DNA of 62,213 nucleotides, filler included, from an uncultured bacterium (GCA_964449065.1; 18 parts of 18 records of this genome joined end to end with filler, not necessarily neighbours in it); one strand, 5' to 3'; positions 28,774 through 39,729 are shown, counted from the first letter of the whole stretch. The notes: generated from the letters alone by a model not told the origin. Numbers and translations: made by a program.

Positions 28774-29783
28774 TGAAGTTGCCTTTTTTTATCCGGTTTC
28801 ATTCCGTTTTTCTTCTTTTATACGGTTTCGTATCCGGTAATGTATATGCAGACCGTTATGCCGTTATTTTATGCGGCAGCGGTGGTACGGATGAGTATAT
28901 CGAACGTTTTACCAATTGGGGGAACCGGCTGCATGATGTGCTCACCGATGAGACCGGTTTTGAGTACGAGAATACCGTTTTGTTTTCATCTAATATTGAT
29001 GAAGCAACCGAGACTGTTTCTCTTCCACTTACACTCGATACGCTAAAGATGCATTTTTTCCTACTCCAAGATCAGATTACGGCAGAGGATGAACTGTTTA
29101 TCTTCATGGCCGGGCATGGGAGCTATTTGAAAGACGATGTGACCTTTCAGCTTCCCGGAGAGGATCTAACCGCGACTGCGATGAATGAATTGCTTCAGGA
29201 TTTTCAGTGCCAATACCTGTTTGTGTTGAATTCAACATCCAGCAGCGCCGGATTTATCAACCGGTTGAGTGCGCCGAAACGGATTGTATGTACATCCACG
29301 AAGAGTGTGGACGAAACCAACGCGCCGGAGTATATGGAATTTTTTATACAGGGGTTAAGCGATGGAAGCGCGGACGCGAACCGGGATGAGCGGATTACAC
29401 TTTTGGAGGCGTGCCGGCAAGCCGCAATCTTGACAAACACTTGGTATGAGAAGAATAATTTTATCGCGACAGAACATGCTTTGATTGACGACAACGGTGA
29501 TGGATTGGGGACACGGCTGGTTCCGGAAGAGGAGACCGATGATGCAACAAAAAAAGATGTCCAAAGCATTGACGGAGGTTTTGCTTCTGAGTGCTTGATA
29601 AAAGATTATCACTTTCCGGATGATGCGCCGCGGCAATTGATTGACGATTATCTATCGGCGTTGGAAGAAATTAATTTATTGAAACAGAAAAAGCAGGATT
29701 ATGAGAACGAAAAATATTATGAGATGCTGGAAGCGAAGTTGATCGATGCCGCATCAATGCATTATCAAATTCGGCAATATTAA
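28773..29783 (+). CDS. Secreted caspase/peptidase C13-like fold protein
   Basis: YAVILCG, LFIFMAGHG, ADANRDERITLLEA, TEHALIDDNGDG; Cys position reads SSSAG. Confidence 0.65.
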   Translation: MKLPFFIRFHSVFLLLYGFVSGNVYADRYAVILCGSGGTDEYIERFTNWGNRLHDVLTDETGFEYENTVLFSSNIDEATETVSLPLTLDTLKMHFFLLQDQITAEDELFIFMAGHGSYLKDDVTFQLPGEDLTATAMNELLQDFQCQYLFVLNSTSSSAGFINRLSAPKRIVCTSTKSVDETNAPEYMEFFIQGLSDGSADANRDERITLLEACRQAAILTNTWYEKNNFIATEHALIDDNGDGLGTRLVPEEETDDATKKDVQSIDGGFASECLIKDYHFPDDAPRQLIDDYLSALEEINLLKQKKQDYENEKYYEMLEAKLIDAASMHYQIRQY

Positions 29784-29820
29784 AGTATGAAAATCAAATC
29801 ATGAAAATCAGGGAATTCTA

Positions 29821-30519
29821 ATGTTTAATCCGGAAAAATTGTTAGGCAAAATGGTAAAATCCACAATGGGAAAAGGCAAGAAGGGCGCGGCCAAAGGGTC
29901 TTTCGGTTTGGGAAGCACGGCCAAAGGCGCTCTCGCCATGGGGGCATTGGGGGTTGCGATTGCCGCGTTTGATCATTTCACGCAAAAGCAGTCACAGGCC
30001 TCTACACAGCATCCCTATCCGCATCAGCCGTTATCGCCGAATCAACAGATATACCCCAACCAGCCGCAATCGCCTCCGCCGCAGCCAGGGGCTGCGCAAA
30101 CAGCACCTCCCGGCATGAATGTACCTCCACCCCCACCGGGGGCGCCTACCCCGCAGGTTGAAACGCCTATTCAAGCGGATGCTGTACTCTTGATTAAATC
30201 CATGATTGCGGCCGCCAACGCGGACGGTGTGTTGGATAAACCGGAACGGGAAGCGATCTTGGGAAAACTTACAGAGGAAGAATTATCCGCGGAAGAAAAG
30301 CAGTATGTTACGAATTCATTTATTGATCCTCCAACGCTGGATGATATTGTACCAAATGTAAATTCCAATGAACTGGCGCAGCAGGTGTATGCGGTCTCGT
30401 TGATGACGATTCGGATTGATACGCCGGAAGAAAAGCAGTATATGCAGCAATTAGCCAGCCGGTTGAATTTGGATGTGGAAACGGTCAGCCGCATCCATTC
30501 TGAAGTTGCAAGCGTGTGA
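29821..30519 (+). CDS. DUF533/TerB-like protein
   Basis: LLIKSMIAAANADG, QVYAVSL, YMQQLASRLNL. Confidence 0.85.
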   Translation: MFNPEKLLGKMVKSTMGKGKKGAAKGSFGLGSTAKGALAMGALGVAIAAFDHFTQKQSQASTQHPYPHQPLSPNQQIYPNQPQSPPPQPGAAQTAPPGMNVPPPPPGAPTPQVETPIQADAVLLIKSMIAAANADGVLDKPEREAILGKLTEEELSAEEKQYVTNSFIDPPTLDDIVPNVNSNELAQQVYAVSLMTIRIDTPEEKQYMQQLASRLNLDVETVSRIHSEVASV

Positions 30520-30586
30520 AATAATTTGCCTACCTATTCGTAGAGCGTATTGCAATACAAATTCAATAACTTCATCGAGGTGAGAG

Positions 30587-31570
30587 ATGGCTCAATGGTA
30601 TTTAAGTCAGGATGGCCAGCAATACGGCCCGTTTGATCATTCAGAAGCAGTTGAGAAGGCAAAAGCGATGCCGAACGGATATGTTTGGCGTTCCGGTTTT
30701 GCGGAATGGCTGCCGGTTTCGCAGGTAGGGGAATTGAATCCGGGATCGGTATCGGTTGCGGCTCCGCCACCGCCAACGGCACGAAGTTCGGATGAGATCG
30801 ATTTTAAAATTGTTGGAACAGAGATGCAGTTTGTGGAAATCGAACTGGACCCGGGAGAAAGCGCGATCGCGGAAGCCGGTGCCATGATGTACAAAGACAG
30901 TACCATCGAGATGCATACGGTTTTTGGAGACGGCAACGATCAAGGCGGCAGTTTTATGGGCAAGTTGCTGGGGGCCGGTAAACGGCTGCTAACGGGTGAG
31001 AGTTTGTTTATCACGGTGTTTACCCATACCGGACAGGGCAAAGCGCATGTGGCGTTTGGCGCGCCCTATCCCGGCAATTTGATTCCCGTGATGTTGTCCA
31101 ATGTGGGTGGTAACCTGATTTGCCAGAAAGACAGTTTTTTGTGTGCCGCGAAGGGCGTTCAGATAGGGATTTTCTTTCAACGGAAAATCTTAACCGGTTT
31201 GTTTGGCGGTGAAGGATTTATTATGCAGAAGTTGGAAGGCGATGGGCAGGTATTTCTTCACGCCGGCGGTACGGTTGTTGAACGGGTATTGAAACCTGGT
31301 GAAGTGCTGCATGTAGATACCGGTTGTGTGGTTGGTTTTGAACCGCAGGTTGATTTTGATCTTGAACAGGTAAAGGGGATAAAATCGTGGTTATTCGGTG
31401 GTGAGGGCGTTTTCTTTGCCACGCTGCGGGGACCGGGAAGAATTTGGCTGCAATCGCTGCCGTTTTCACGTCTGGCCGGCCGGATGCTGGCGGCATCTTC
31501 CGGCGGCCGCGGTGAAGGTTCCGTGTTAGGCGGATTGGGCGGTATGTTGGATGGCGATAATCGTTTTTAA
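30587..31570 (+). CDS. GYF_2 domain plus AIM24 (TIGR00266) protein
   Basis: WYLSQDGQQYGPF..VWRSGFAEW; AEAGAM, GGEGF, GPGRIWLQSLP. Confidence 0.9.
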   Translation: MAQWYLSQDGQQYGPFDHSEAVEKAKAMPNGYVWRSGFAEWLPVSQVGELNPGSVSVAAPPPPTARSSDEIDFKIVGTEMQFVEIELDPGESAIAEAGAMMYKDSTIEMHTVFGDGNDQGGSFMGKLLGAGKRLLTGESLFITVFTHTGQGKAHVAFGAPYPGNLIPVMLSNVGGNLICQKDSFLCAAKGVQIGIFFQRKILTGLFGGEGFIMQKLEGDGQVFLHAGGTVVERVLKPGEVLHVDTGCVVGFEPQVDFDLEQVKGIKSWLFGGEGVFFATLRGPGRIWLQSLPFSRLAGRMLAASSGGRGEGSVLGGLGGMLDGDNRF

Positions 31571-31764
31571 AGGCAGGGGATAGAGAATAGTCACTAGTAC
31601 TCTATCAATAATGAAATGATGGTAGGTGGATGCATACCCCCATTGTTAAGGAGTCTGTCGTTGTNNNNNNNNNNNNNNNNNNNNNNNNNNNNNNNNNNNN
31701 NNNNNNNNTTAATTAATTAANNNNNNNNNNNNNNNNNNNNNNNNNNNNNNNNNNNNNNNNNNNN

Positions 31765-32127
31765 CTGAAGAGCGACTGGCTCACCGTGTCATCGAATGAG
31801 GCCGAAGCGCAGGCCGGCGCGATCGAGCGCGGTGTCGATCAGGGCTTCGTCCAGCGCTACGAGGATGCCAGCGGCAACACGGTCCTCGCGATCACCTTCT
31901 GGGCGGTGAGTGAATCGGGAGCCGAAACCGAAGCCGATGTGATCGTCACCGGCACGCCGGAGCGGGCGGCCGATCACACCGACGATCTCTATTTCCGCGC
32001 AGGCCGGACACGAAAACGTACGCGCCAGAAATCCCGCGACCCCAATCAGCTCGATCTTTTCGGCTCCGTGGAGACCGCTGATGGCGACGACGCCAGCATC
32101 AACGGGACCAAAGACGACGAAAAATGA
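31765..32127 (+). CDS. Hypothetical protein C-terminus with QLDLF motif (5' truncated)
   Basis: Open frame from contig start; DPNQLDLFG. Confidence 0.5.
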   Translation: MKSDWLTVSSNEAEAQAGAIERGVDQGFVQRYEDASGNTVLAITFWAVSESGAETEADVIVTGTPERAADHTDDLYFRAGRTRKRTRQKSRDPNQLDLFGSVETADGDDASINGTKDDEK

Positions 32128-32155
32128 AAAGGGCCGCCCCGAGGGACGGCCCTTT
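32128..32155. terminator. Bidirectional intrinsic terminator
   Basis: AAAGGGCCG...CGGCCCTTT hairpin between convergent genes. Confidence 0.75.
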
Positions 32156-32182
32156 CCCTGAAATCCTGAACAGACGGACCTA

Positions 32183-34678
32183 CTACTTGCCGCCGAACTT
32201 GTAGCGCAGACGCACGCCAATAGTGCGCGGCGCGCCCAACGTTGCGTAATGCGTGCGCACCGTGACCGGGTCTCCGTTTTCGTCAAACACGATCTGGTTC
32301 GAGAGTGGCGTGCCGACGAAACCGGTCTCGATGTACTCGTCGAAGAGATTGTTGACGTAGAGCTGGGCCGACCATGTGTCAGCATTGTAGCCCGCCGCAG
32401 CATTCGCGACACCATAGCCGTCGAGAGTGACGCTGGAGCCACGACCACCCGTCCGGGTGAGGACATCACCCTGATAGGTATAGCCGCCGTTGAAGACCAG
32501 CTCATTCCCGCTTGCCAGGGGCAGGTTGTAGCTGCCGAAGACGGCGAACTGCGTTTCAGGTGAGCCCGGCAAGCGGTCGCCGGCCTTGCCGTCCTCAAAG
32601 GCCGTGCCGAAGCCCGGCGGCGTGATGGTCCGGATCAGGAAGGGCACGTCTTCTGTCAGTTCAGACTGGGTGTAGCTGAACGAACCGCGCAGGTTGAAAT
32701 TGTTGCTGACCTGCCAGCCGCCCTGGAGTTCGACGCCCTTGGATTCCGCGCCGCTGGCGTTGATGGTGATCGGAATGTTGGCGTTCACCGTGGCTGAGGA
32801 CAGCTGCGGATCGGTCCATTCCACGTAGAAAACCGCACCGTTCAGGGTTAGCGCACCATCGAGCCAGGCTGTCTTTGCGCCAAGCTCGTAGTTCCGGGTC
32901 TCGTCTGGTCCGTACTGGCGTTCGTCGAACTGTGCGATGTCACCGGGGTTCGGGCCGAATTGCTGTCCCGGTGCGAGGGCGCAGGAGCCCTGCCCCGCAT
33001 CGGGATCGAACGGCGGGCAGGGCCCCAGACCGTTGGAGTTACCGATCCGGTAGCCCTCCGAAACCGTGAAGTAGCCGAGAATGTCGTCGGTGAAATTGTA
33101 GGACGTGTTGAACTTGTAGAGAAAGCCATCATCGGCCTGGCCAAGTTCAGGATCGAAGGGATTGTTCCTGATCTCGTCCAGTGACGACGCGACGAAGTCC
33201 GGATCGAACAGAGGAAAATCAACCGCGCTGAATTCCTTGAGGTCGTACTCATAATAGCGCGTGCCAACCGTCACCGACCAGGCATCGGTAATCTGGTAGG
33301 CAAGCTCACCATAAAGCGCCTTTTCCTCAAGCTCTGAATAGCCCTGAGAGAAGTACTCCAGATCGTCAGGCCGGTCGAAGCCCGCAAACTCCGCGTATCC
33401 CGGCGTGAATTCCGACGACGACCCTACGCTTTCCTGTTTGGAGTAGAAATAGCCCACAATATAGCTGACCGGGCTGTCGATGGTGGAGACAAGACGCGCT
33501 TCTTGCGTAAATGTCTCGGTCTCGCCCACTTCCAGCGTCTGCGAGATGAAGGCCGGGAACAGCTCGTAGGAGTATTCAAGCGACACCAGAAGGTCGTTCT
33601 GGTCGCGGTTGCCGTCATCCTCGAAGGTGGAATAGCCGGTCGCGGAGGTTAGTTCGGCAAATCCGAGATCAGCGGTCACTTCAAGGGCGATGAGGTCGTT
33701 AGTGATCTTGTTCGGCTCGGCAATGCGCTTGGCATTGTCGAACTCGCCTGCGGTGAAGATCTCCGGACCAGCACCGGGGTAAACCGAACGGGCTGAGGAA
33801 ATCCGACGTCCGCCGACATCGACCTGCTGGTAGTAATAGGTGAGCGTACCATCCAGCCAGTCGGTCGGCTGGAGACGCGCGGCAAGACGGCCGGAAATCG
33901 CCTCTTCGGTGTCGACATCCTCTTCACTGCGCAGATTGGCGGCAACATCGGCGGCGTCGGAGAAATCGGGGTCAGGATTGGACACACCCAGTTCGCGCAC
34001 AAGGAAAGGCTGATCGACGAAGCCGCTGTCGTCGAGGAAATCGAGCGATCCACGGACCGCGAATTTGTCGCCGAACTGCTTGTTGAAAGTGAAGCCGACA
34101 TCATACGAAAATTCCTCGGCCTCGGAATACTGGTAGGCCTCAGCGCGGACCTCGATCGAATCCTCGTCGAATTGCGGCTTCACGGGGATGTAGCGGATCG
34201 CGCCTGCGAGCGTCCCAGCGCCGTACAACGTGCCCTGCGGCCCGAGCAACACTTCGACACGCTCAAGGTCGTTGAGCTTCAGGTCAATGAAGAGCGGAAC
34301 CTCGCCCAGATACGTCGCAACCGTGCCGCCACCATCATTGTTACCGTCGCCGGAACCGATCGGATCGGCATTCAGGCCCCGCACGATGATCGGGTTACCC
34401 TGGCGGGGTCCGCGATCGACGGTATTGATCCCTGGTACGTATGCGATGAGGTCGGCAAGCTCCTGGAGCCCCTGCTCCTCGATTTGTTCAGAACCCACCG
34501 CCGCGATGTTCAGCGGAATGTCCTGAACCGTTTCCTCGCGGCGGGTCGCCGTGACGTAGACCACGGCCTGGCGCGCCTCATCCTCGTCGCTGGCAGCTTC
34601 CTGCGCCAGTGCACCGGTCGGCAGCCCAAGGCAGATTGCCACCAGCCCGGTCGTTGCGGACAGTCTTGCTTTCATCAC
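32183..34678 (-). CDS. TonB-dependent receptor
   Basis: Signal peptide, VYVTATRRE, ERVEVLLGPQGTLYG plug, NYELG, PRTIGVRLRYKF. Confidence 0.95.
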   Translation of the reverse strand: MMKARLSATTGLVAICLGLPTGALAQEAASDEDEARQAVVYVTATRREETVQDIPLNIAAVGSEQIEEQGLQELADLIAYVPGINTVDRGPRQGNPIIVRGLNADPIGSGDGNNDGGGTVATYLGEVPLFIDLKLNDLERVEVLLGPQGTLYGAGTLAGAIRYIPVKPQFDEDSIEVRAEAYQYSEAEEFSYDVGFTFNKQFGDKFAVRGSLDFLDDSGFVDQPFLVRELGVSNPDPDFSDAADVAANLRSEEDVDTEEAISGRLAARLQPTDWLDGTLTYYYQQVDVGGRRISSARSVYPGAGPEIFTAGEFDNAKRIAEPNKITNDLIALEVTADLGFAELTSATGYSTFEDDGNRDQNDLLVSLEYSYELFPAFISQTLEVGETETFTQEARLVSTIDSPVSYIVGYFYSKQESVGSSSEFTPGYAEFAGFDRPDDLEYFSQGYSELEEKALYGELAYQITDAWSVTVGTRYYEYDLKEFSAVDFPLFDPDFVASSLDEIRNNPFDPELGQADDGFLYKFNTSYNFTDDILGYFTVSEGYRIGNSNGLGPCPPFDPDAGQGSCALAPGQQFGPNPGDIAQFDERQYGPDETRNYELGAKTAWLDGALTLNGAVFYVEWTDPQLSSATVNANIPITINASGAESKGVELQGGWQVSNNFNLRGSFSYTQSELTEDVPFLIRTITPPGFGTAFEDGKAGDRLPGSPETQFAVFGSYNLPLASGNELVFNGGYTYQGDVLTRTGGRGSSVTLDGYGVANAAAGYNADTWSAQLYVNNLFDEYIETGFVGTPLSNQIVFDENGDPVTVRTHYATLGAPRTIGVRLRYKFGGK

Positions 34679-34765
34679 TTACTCTCCCGATGATATTGCA
34701 ATTGCATCATACTCACACTCACCTGACTGGGCCTGTATATCGGCGATTGCGGTAGAACGTCATTT

Positions 34766-35140
34766 TTGTGTCACAGTGCGGCAAAACAGTCACAACTGCC
34801 CAGGATCAGAGCAATCAGCGACCAGGTTTCCATCAACGCCCTTCTCCTCGACGCCCGCCGCAGACTGGTCCGACGGGATTACGAGGGCGCTCACAAGGCC
34901 TGTTTGCTGGCACTGAAAGTCGATGGGACCCTTGGAGAGCCCTTGCATTTACTGGGAATCATCGCTGCTGACCATGATAATCACGGCAAGGCGATGGAGC
35001 TTCAGGACCGGGCCATCTGGGCCGGAGCCGACCGCGGCAGCGCACTTGCCCAGAAAGCGCGCAGCCTGATTGCACTGAACCGCCGCGAGGACGCAATCGA
35101 GGCGGCGGAAGCCGCTGCGCAGGTTGATTGCGCAAGCGCC
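34766..35140 (+). CDS. TPR protein N-terminus (3' truncated; start uncertain)
   Basis: LHLLGIIA..HGKAMEL, ARSLIALNRREDA TPR-like helices. Confidence 0.6.
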
Positions 35141-35240
35141 NNNNNNNNNNNNNNNNNNNNNNNNNNNNNNNNNNNNNNNNNNNNTTAATTAATTAANNNN
35201 NNNNNNNNNNNNNNNNNNNNNNNNNNNNNNNNNNNNNNNN

Positions 35241-35511
35241 CACTACATATTATGATATACCCGTTTTTCTAATTGATCGCTGAATCTATCGCCCTTGCCC
35301 ACCGGGAGAGGGACGGGGTGAGGGTTCGGGAGGAATAAACCTCTAGGACGCTACTGCTTCATAGGGAGCAATCGCTCTCATCGCCCTCATCTCTTATCTT
35401 CTCCCAATGGGAGAAGACGATAGACACTGCGTTTGACTTGGAATAGTTGGCTCACAACAAAAACCATTTTTCATGCAATAGACAATCATTGATTGCGTAA
35501 CATCAGTTATA
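35241..35511 (-). mobile_element. MITE family D (copy without the nested insert)
   Basis: Reverse complement aligns with 24768-25132 minus the 24834-24936 insert. Confidence 0.82.
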
Positions 35512-35605
35512 AAGTTGAGTCAGCCGTTTCTTTTGTGGATTTTTCAAGGCCATAATAATCCACAAAAAAATAGAGGGGAAAATTCAATCCTGTATGGATA
35601 TATAG

Positions 35606-35675
35606 AGATAATCTTATCTATTTTTATAAAAAATAATTCCAAACACTTGTCAAACCCCTCTTCATCCGTTATGCT
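35606..35675 (+). promoter_or_regulatory. Fur-box-like palindrome and sigma70-type promoter of the feo operon
   Basis: AGATAA-TC-TTATCT at 35606-35619; TTGTCA-N17-TATGCT at 35647-35675. Confidence 0.55.
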
Positions 35676-35737
35676 AACTAATCAGATGAGTTGAAGCAGA
35701 AACCTTCGCAATATTCAGTAATAGCAGGTAGGGTAAT

Positions 35738-35983
35738 ATGAACGAATGTCAACTGCATGAGTGCCCCAATGGAACCGCTTGTATTGTCTCCCGTGTGGAA
35801 GACTGCACCAAATGCGCGCCCCGGTTGCGCGAATTGGGGATCATTCCGGGCCAATGGGTGGAAGTGCTGCAAACAGGAAGCCTTTACAAACTGGCGGTTG
35901 GCGATTCCCGCATCTGTTTGCGGAAAGAGCAGTTGAAGGGCATCTCGGTTTGCCCGGTTGCGGCACCGCAATTCGTATCCTAA
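35738..35983 (+). CDS. feoA: FeoA family protein
   Basis: RLRELGIIPGQWVEV; Cys-rich. Confidence 0.82.
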   Translation: MNECQLHECPNGTACIVSRVEDCTKCAPRLRELGIIPGQWVEVLQTGSLYKLAVGDSRICLRKEQLKGISVCPVAAPQFVS

Positions 35984-36010
35984 ACTCTAACGATGCTTGT
36001 ATAGAAAAAT

Positions 36011-36238
36011 ATGAAAACCTTAGATCAATTCCATCCAGGGGACAAAGGTACTGTGTCCGTAATTTCCGGCTCCGGCGCGTTCAATCAGCGTCTCCGCGAA
36101 ATGGGCATTATGGAAGGCTGTGTGATTGAAGTGGTCCGGTTGGCCCCGTTTGGCGACCCGATAGAAATCCTCGTACAAGGGTATAACCTGTCGCTGCGCA
36201 AGCACGAAGCCTCTTTCATTGAGGTTGAACATGGTTGA
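36011..36238 (+). CDS. feoA: FeoA family protein
   Basis: RLREMG..VVRLAPFGDPIEI..LSLRKHEA. Confidence 0.93.
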   Translation: MKTLDQFHPGDKGTVSVISGSGAFNQRLREMGIMEGCVIEVVRLAPFGDPIEILVQGYNLSLRKHEASFIEVEHG

Positions 36239-38576
36239 AACAGTGATTCGCGAAACCGCAATCAAGCCGCGCCGCATCGCGCTGGTGGGCAATCCCAATA
36301 CGGGAAAAACCACCTTATTTAACGCCCTCACCGGATTGCGCCAAAAGGTCGGCAATTATTCCGGTGTCACCGTCGAAAAGAAACTGGGCTACTTCAAAGC
36401 GGGAGAACATCCCGTCGAAATCGTCGACTTGCCCGGCACCTACAGCCTCGCCGCCCGCTCTCTTGATGAACTGGTTGTTACCGATCTACTTTTAGGCAAA
36501 AAAGAAGGCGAACCCGCACCCGAATTGGTGGTCGTCATCGTTGATGCAGGAAACATCCAACGCAACTTCTACTTGCTCTCTCAAATTCTCGAACTGAAAT
36601 TGCCCGTCATCGTGGCGTTAAATATGCTTGATGTTGCCGAATCCAAAGGCATCTCCATTTCCGCGGAAACGGTATCGGCGAAGTTGGGCATACCAGTCGT
36701 TCCTATCGTGGCCAGCCGCAAAAAGGGCATAGTGGAACTGAAGCAAACCATTGCGGAATCGCTTTCCGGAACTCCCCTCTATCCGCAAACCACACCCGAT
36801 TTCGGCAACGATGTGAACAAAGCGATTCAATCCGTCCGCGATCATATTGAATCCAATTCCCAAGACGGTCCAACGGATTTAAGCGATGCCGAAATCTTTC
36901 GCGCCATAATGGATGAAGGCGGCTCCGCGCAGGACCGCTTTCAAAATTGGTACGGCAGCGATTGCGTGGATAAAATCAAAGAAACCCGGCAAGAACTTGC
37001 CGGTCAATTGCCCATTGCCGCGCTGGAAGCCAAAACCCGTTACGGCTGGATCAATGAACTGCTCGAAGGCTCGGTTACCCGCAAAGAAACACAAGCACGT
37101 ACGTTTTCCGATAGACTCGATTCCATCCTGATTCACAAATTTTGGGGCTTGCTGATCTTCATCGGGGTGATGGCGCTCATCTTTCAATCCATCTACAGCT
37201 GGGCCGGTCCGTTGATGGATCTCATCGACGGATTCTTCGGCAGCATGGGAGAAGCGGTGGCAACCACGCTTCCGGAAGGTGCCCTACGCAGCCTCGTTGT
37301 CGATGGCGTCATCGCGGGAGTCGGCGGTGTGTTGATATTTCTTCCGCAAATCTGCATTCTCTTCTTATTTATATCGATTCTTGAAGATTGCGGCTATATG
37401 CCCCGCGCGGCCTTTTTGATGGACCGCATTCTTTCCCGTTTCGGGTTATCGGGCAAATCGTTCATCCCCATGCTTTCCAGCTTTGCCTGCGCGATCCCCG
37501 GCATCATGGCGACGCGAACCATCGAAGACCGGCAAGACCGCATGACGACCATCTTTGTCGCTCCGCTGATGAGCTGCTCGGCCCGCCTGCCGGTATACAT
37601 TGTCTTCATCGGCGCGTTTGTGCCCGACCGCAATCTTTTCGGCTCTTGGCTCAACCTGCAAGGATTCACGCTGCTGGCGATGTATTTGGTCGGCATTCTC
37701 GTTGCCATACCGATCGCATGGCTGCTTAAAACGTTTTACTACAAATCCGAAACGTCATCTTTTATTATGGAACTGCCGCCCTATAGAATTCCCAATGCGA
37801 TGTCGGTACTGATTTATGTTTGTGACCGCGGCAAAGCCTTTATCTACCGTGCTGGAACCATCATCTTCTGTGTGGCGGTCGTGATTTGGGCCATGGCCTA
37901 TTTTCCCCGCTCAACCGAAGTCATCAACCAATATGAAACCATGCGCGAACAGCGGCAGGAACAGTTTTTTCAAAACGCGTATCCGCAACTGCAAAGCGCG
38001 CTCCCCAACCAATTTACGGATGGTTTGAATCAACAAGATGTGATCACGCAACTGGAAGAAATCGATTCCTACCCGGAATCTGTCCAGCCGGTCATTGATT
38101 CGTATGTGCAAGACATGCAGCAATATGATCTCAACGAAAGCGGAGAACTGCTGCGCCGCAGCATCCTGGGCCGCATGGGGCAATGGGTGGAACCGGTGGT
38201 TGAACCACTGGGGTGGGATTGGCGCATCGGCATGGCAGCGATTGCATCCTTCCCCGCGCGCGAGGTCATCATCGCCACCCTGGGAACCATTCTCAACATG
38301 GGCGATGAAGTGGATGAAGAATCCACCTCCCTAAAGACTGCTGTGCAGGAAGCGAAACGTGATGATGGCACACCGCTTTTCTCATTGGCGGTGGCACTCT
38401 CGATCATGGTCTTCTTCGCGCTCTGCTGCCAATGTGCCGCCACGCTGGCCACCATCTACCGTGAAACCAACTCATGGGCATTGCCGGTTTTTGTATTCAC
38501 CTACATGACCGTCCTGGCCTGGATCGGCGCCTTCATCACCTACCAGCTAGCCTACGCCATCGGCTGGGGCGCTTAA
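36231..38576 (+). CDS. feoB: Ferrous iron transporter FeoB
   Basis: GNPNTGKT, NYSGVTVE, DLPG, LNMLD, SCSARLPVY, FFALCCQC. Confidence 0.97.
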   Translation: MVETVIRETAIKPRRIALVGNPNTGKTTLFNALTGLRQKVGNYSGVTVEKKLGYFKAGEHPVEIVDLPGTYSLAARSLDELVVTDLLLGKKEGEPAPELVVVIVDAGNIQRNFYLLSQILELKLPVIVALNMLDVAESKGISISAETVSAKLGIPVVPIVASRKKGIVELKQTIAESLSGTPLYPQTTPDFGNDVNKAIQSVRDHIESNSQDGPTDLSDAEIFRAIMDEGGSAQDRFQNWYGSDCVDKIKETRQELAGQLPIAALEAKTRYGWINELLEGSVTRKETQARTFSDRLDSILIHKFWGLLIFIGVMALIFQSIYSWAGPLMDLIDGFFGSMGEAVATTLPEGALRSLVVDGVIAGVGGVLIFLPQICILFLFISILEDCGYMPRAAFLMDRILSRFGLSGKSFIPMLSSFACAIPGIMATRTIEDRQDRMTTIFVAPLMSCSARLPVYIVFIGAFVPDRNLFGSWLNLQGFTLLAMYLVGILVAIPIAWLLKTFYYKSETSSFIMELPPYRIPNAMSVLIYVCDRGKAFIYRAGTIIFCVAVVIWAMAYFPRSTEVINQYETMREQRQEQFFQNAYPQLQSALPNQFTDGLNQQDVITQLEEIDSYPESVQPVIDSYVQDMQQYDLNESGELLRRSILGRMGQWVEPVVEPLGWDWRIGMAAIASFPAREVIIATLGTILNMGDEVDEESTSLKTAVQEAKRDDGTPLFSLAVALSIMVFFALCCQCAATLATIYRETNSWALPVFVFTYMTVLAWIGAFITYQLAYAIGWGA

Positions 38577-38722
38577 TTATTTAGGAGGGCGAGGCTCCCG
38601 CCGAGCCAAAGCNNNNNNNNNNNNNNNNNNNNNNNNNNNNNNNNNNNNNNNNNNNNTTAATTAATTAANNNNNNNNNNNNNNNNNNNNNNNNNNNNNNNN
38701 NNNNNNNNNNNNAAACGGATTA

Positions 38723-38921
38723 TCTATCGTCTTCTCCCTTTGGGAGAAGATAAGAGATGAGGGCGAACAGAGCGATGGCTCTCTATAACGCAGTAGCGTA
38801 ATTAGAGGTTTATTCCTCCCGAACCCTCACCCCGTCCCTCTCCCGGTGGGCGAGGGCGATAGTTTCAGCGAAAAATTAGAAAAACAGGCATATCAAAATG
38901 TAGTGCGTAACATGAGTTATA
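38723..38921 (+). mobile_element. MITE family D, right part
   Basis: Aligns with 24951-25146; ends TGCGTAACATGAGTTATA. Confidence 0.8.
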
Positions 38922-39008
38922 AGGTTGGATTCACGTAGTGTTTGTAGGGTATTCGTAGGGGCACGTTGCAACGTGCCTTTGCATTTCTCTATGATAATCT
39001 AACCGGAT

Positions 39009-39728
39009 TTACGAATGGATATCGCGAACCGGTCCCGTTTGGGCGGGTACTTGCGGAGATGAGGCATTGCAGCTGGTAAACGGATTGTTCAAATTAAATT
39101 TTTCGCGCAATCCTTCCAGCGCCGTGGCTTGTTCTTTGGTGAATAAATTCACTTTGCCCAGTTGTACTGCTGTGAGGAGAATTTTCGAGAAATGTTCCAT
39201 GGTTTCCATGCGGTAATAGGCTTGCATCAGGTTGTCGCCCCAGGTTAGCGCGCCGTGGTTGGCTAACAAAACCGCGCTGTTCTCTTTTACATAAGGTGCA
39301 ATCGATTGTGGAATTTCATCGGTGGACGGCAACCCATACGCCGCGCAGGGAATTTGCCCGATAAGGGCGACCACTTCCGGCAGCACGCATTGATCCAGAG
39401 ACATGCCCGCCACGGCAAAGCCTGTGGCTGTCGGCGGGTGGGCGTGGCAAACCGCGCGCACATCAGGGCGTTCGCGGTAGACATACAAATGCATCTTGAT
39501 TTCGGATGACGGATTCAGCATCCCGCCGCCGGTCTTGCGGCCTTCGCTATCCACCACAATCATATCGCTGACTTCCATAAACCCTTTGCTAACGCCGCTG
39601 GGCGTGCAAACGAATTCGTTCTCACCAATCCGGCACGAGATATTGCCGTCATTCGCGGCCACCCATTCGCGGGTCCACATCCGCCGCCCGATTTCCACGA
39701 TTTGGTGTTTGGCTTCAAAGAGGTTCAT
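39009..39728 (-). CDS. Class II aldolase/adducin family (fuculose-phosphate aldolase-like)
   Basis: ANDGNIS, TPSG, PSSE, HAHPP, LLANHGA. Confidence 0.92.
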   Translation of the reverse strand: MNLFEAKHQIVEIGRRMWTREWVAANDGNISCRIGENEFVCTPSGVSKGFMEVSDMIVVDSEGRKTGGGMLNPSSEIKMHLYVYRERPDVRAVCHAHPPTATGFAVAGMSLDQCVLPEVVALIGQIPCAAYGLPSTDEIPQSIAPYVKENSAVLLANHGALTWGDNLMQAYYRMETMEHFSKILLTAVQLGKVNLFTKEQATALEGLREKFNLNNPFTSCNASSPQVPAQTGPVRDIHS

Positions 39729-39729
39729 G

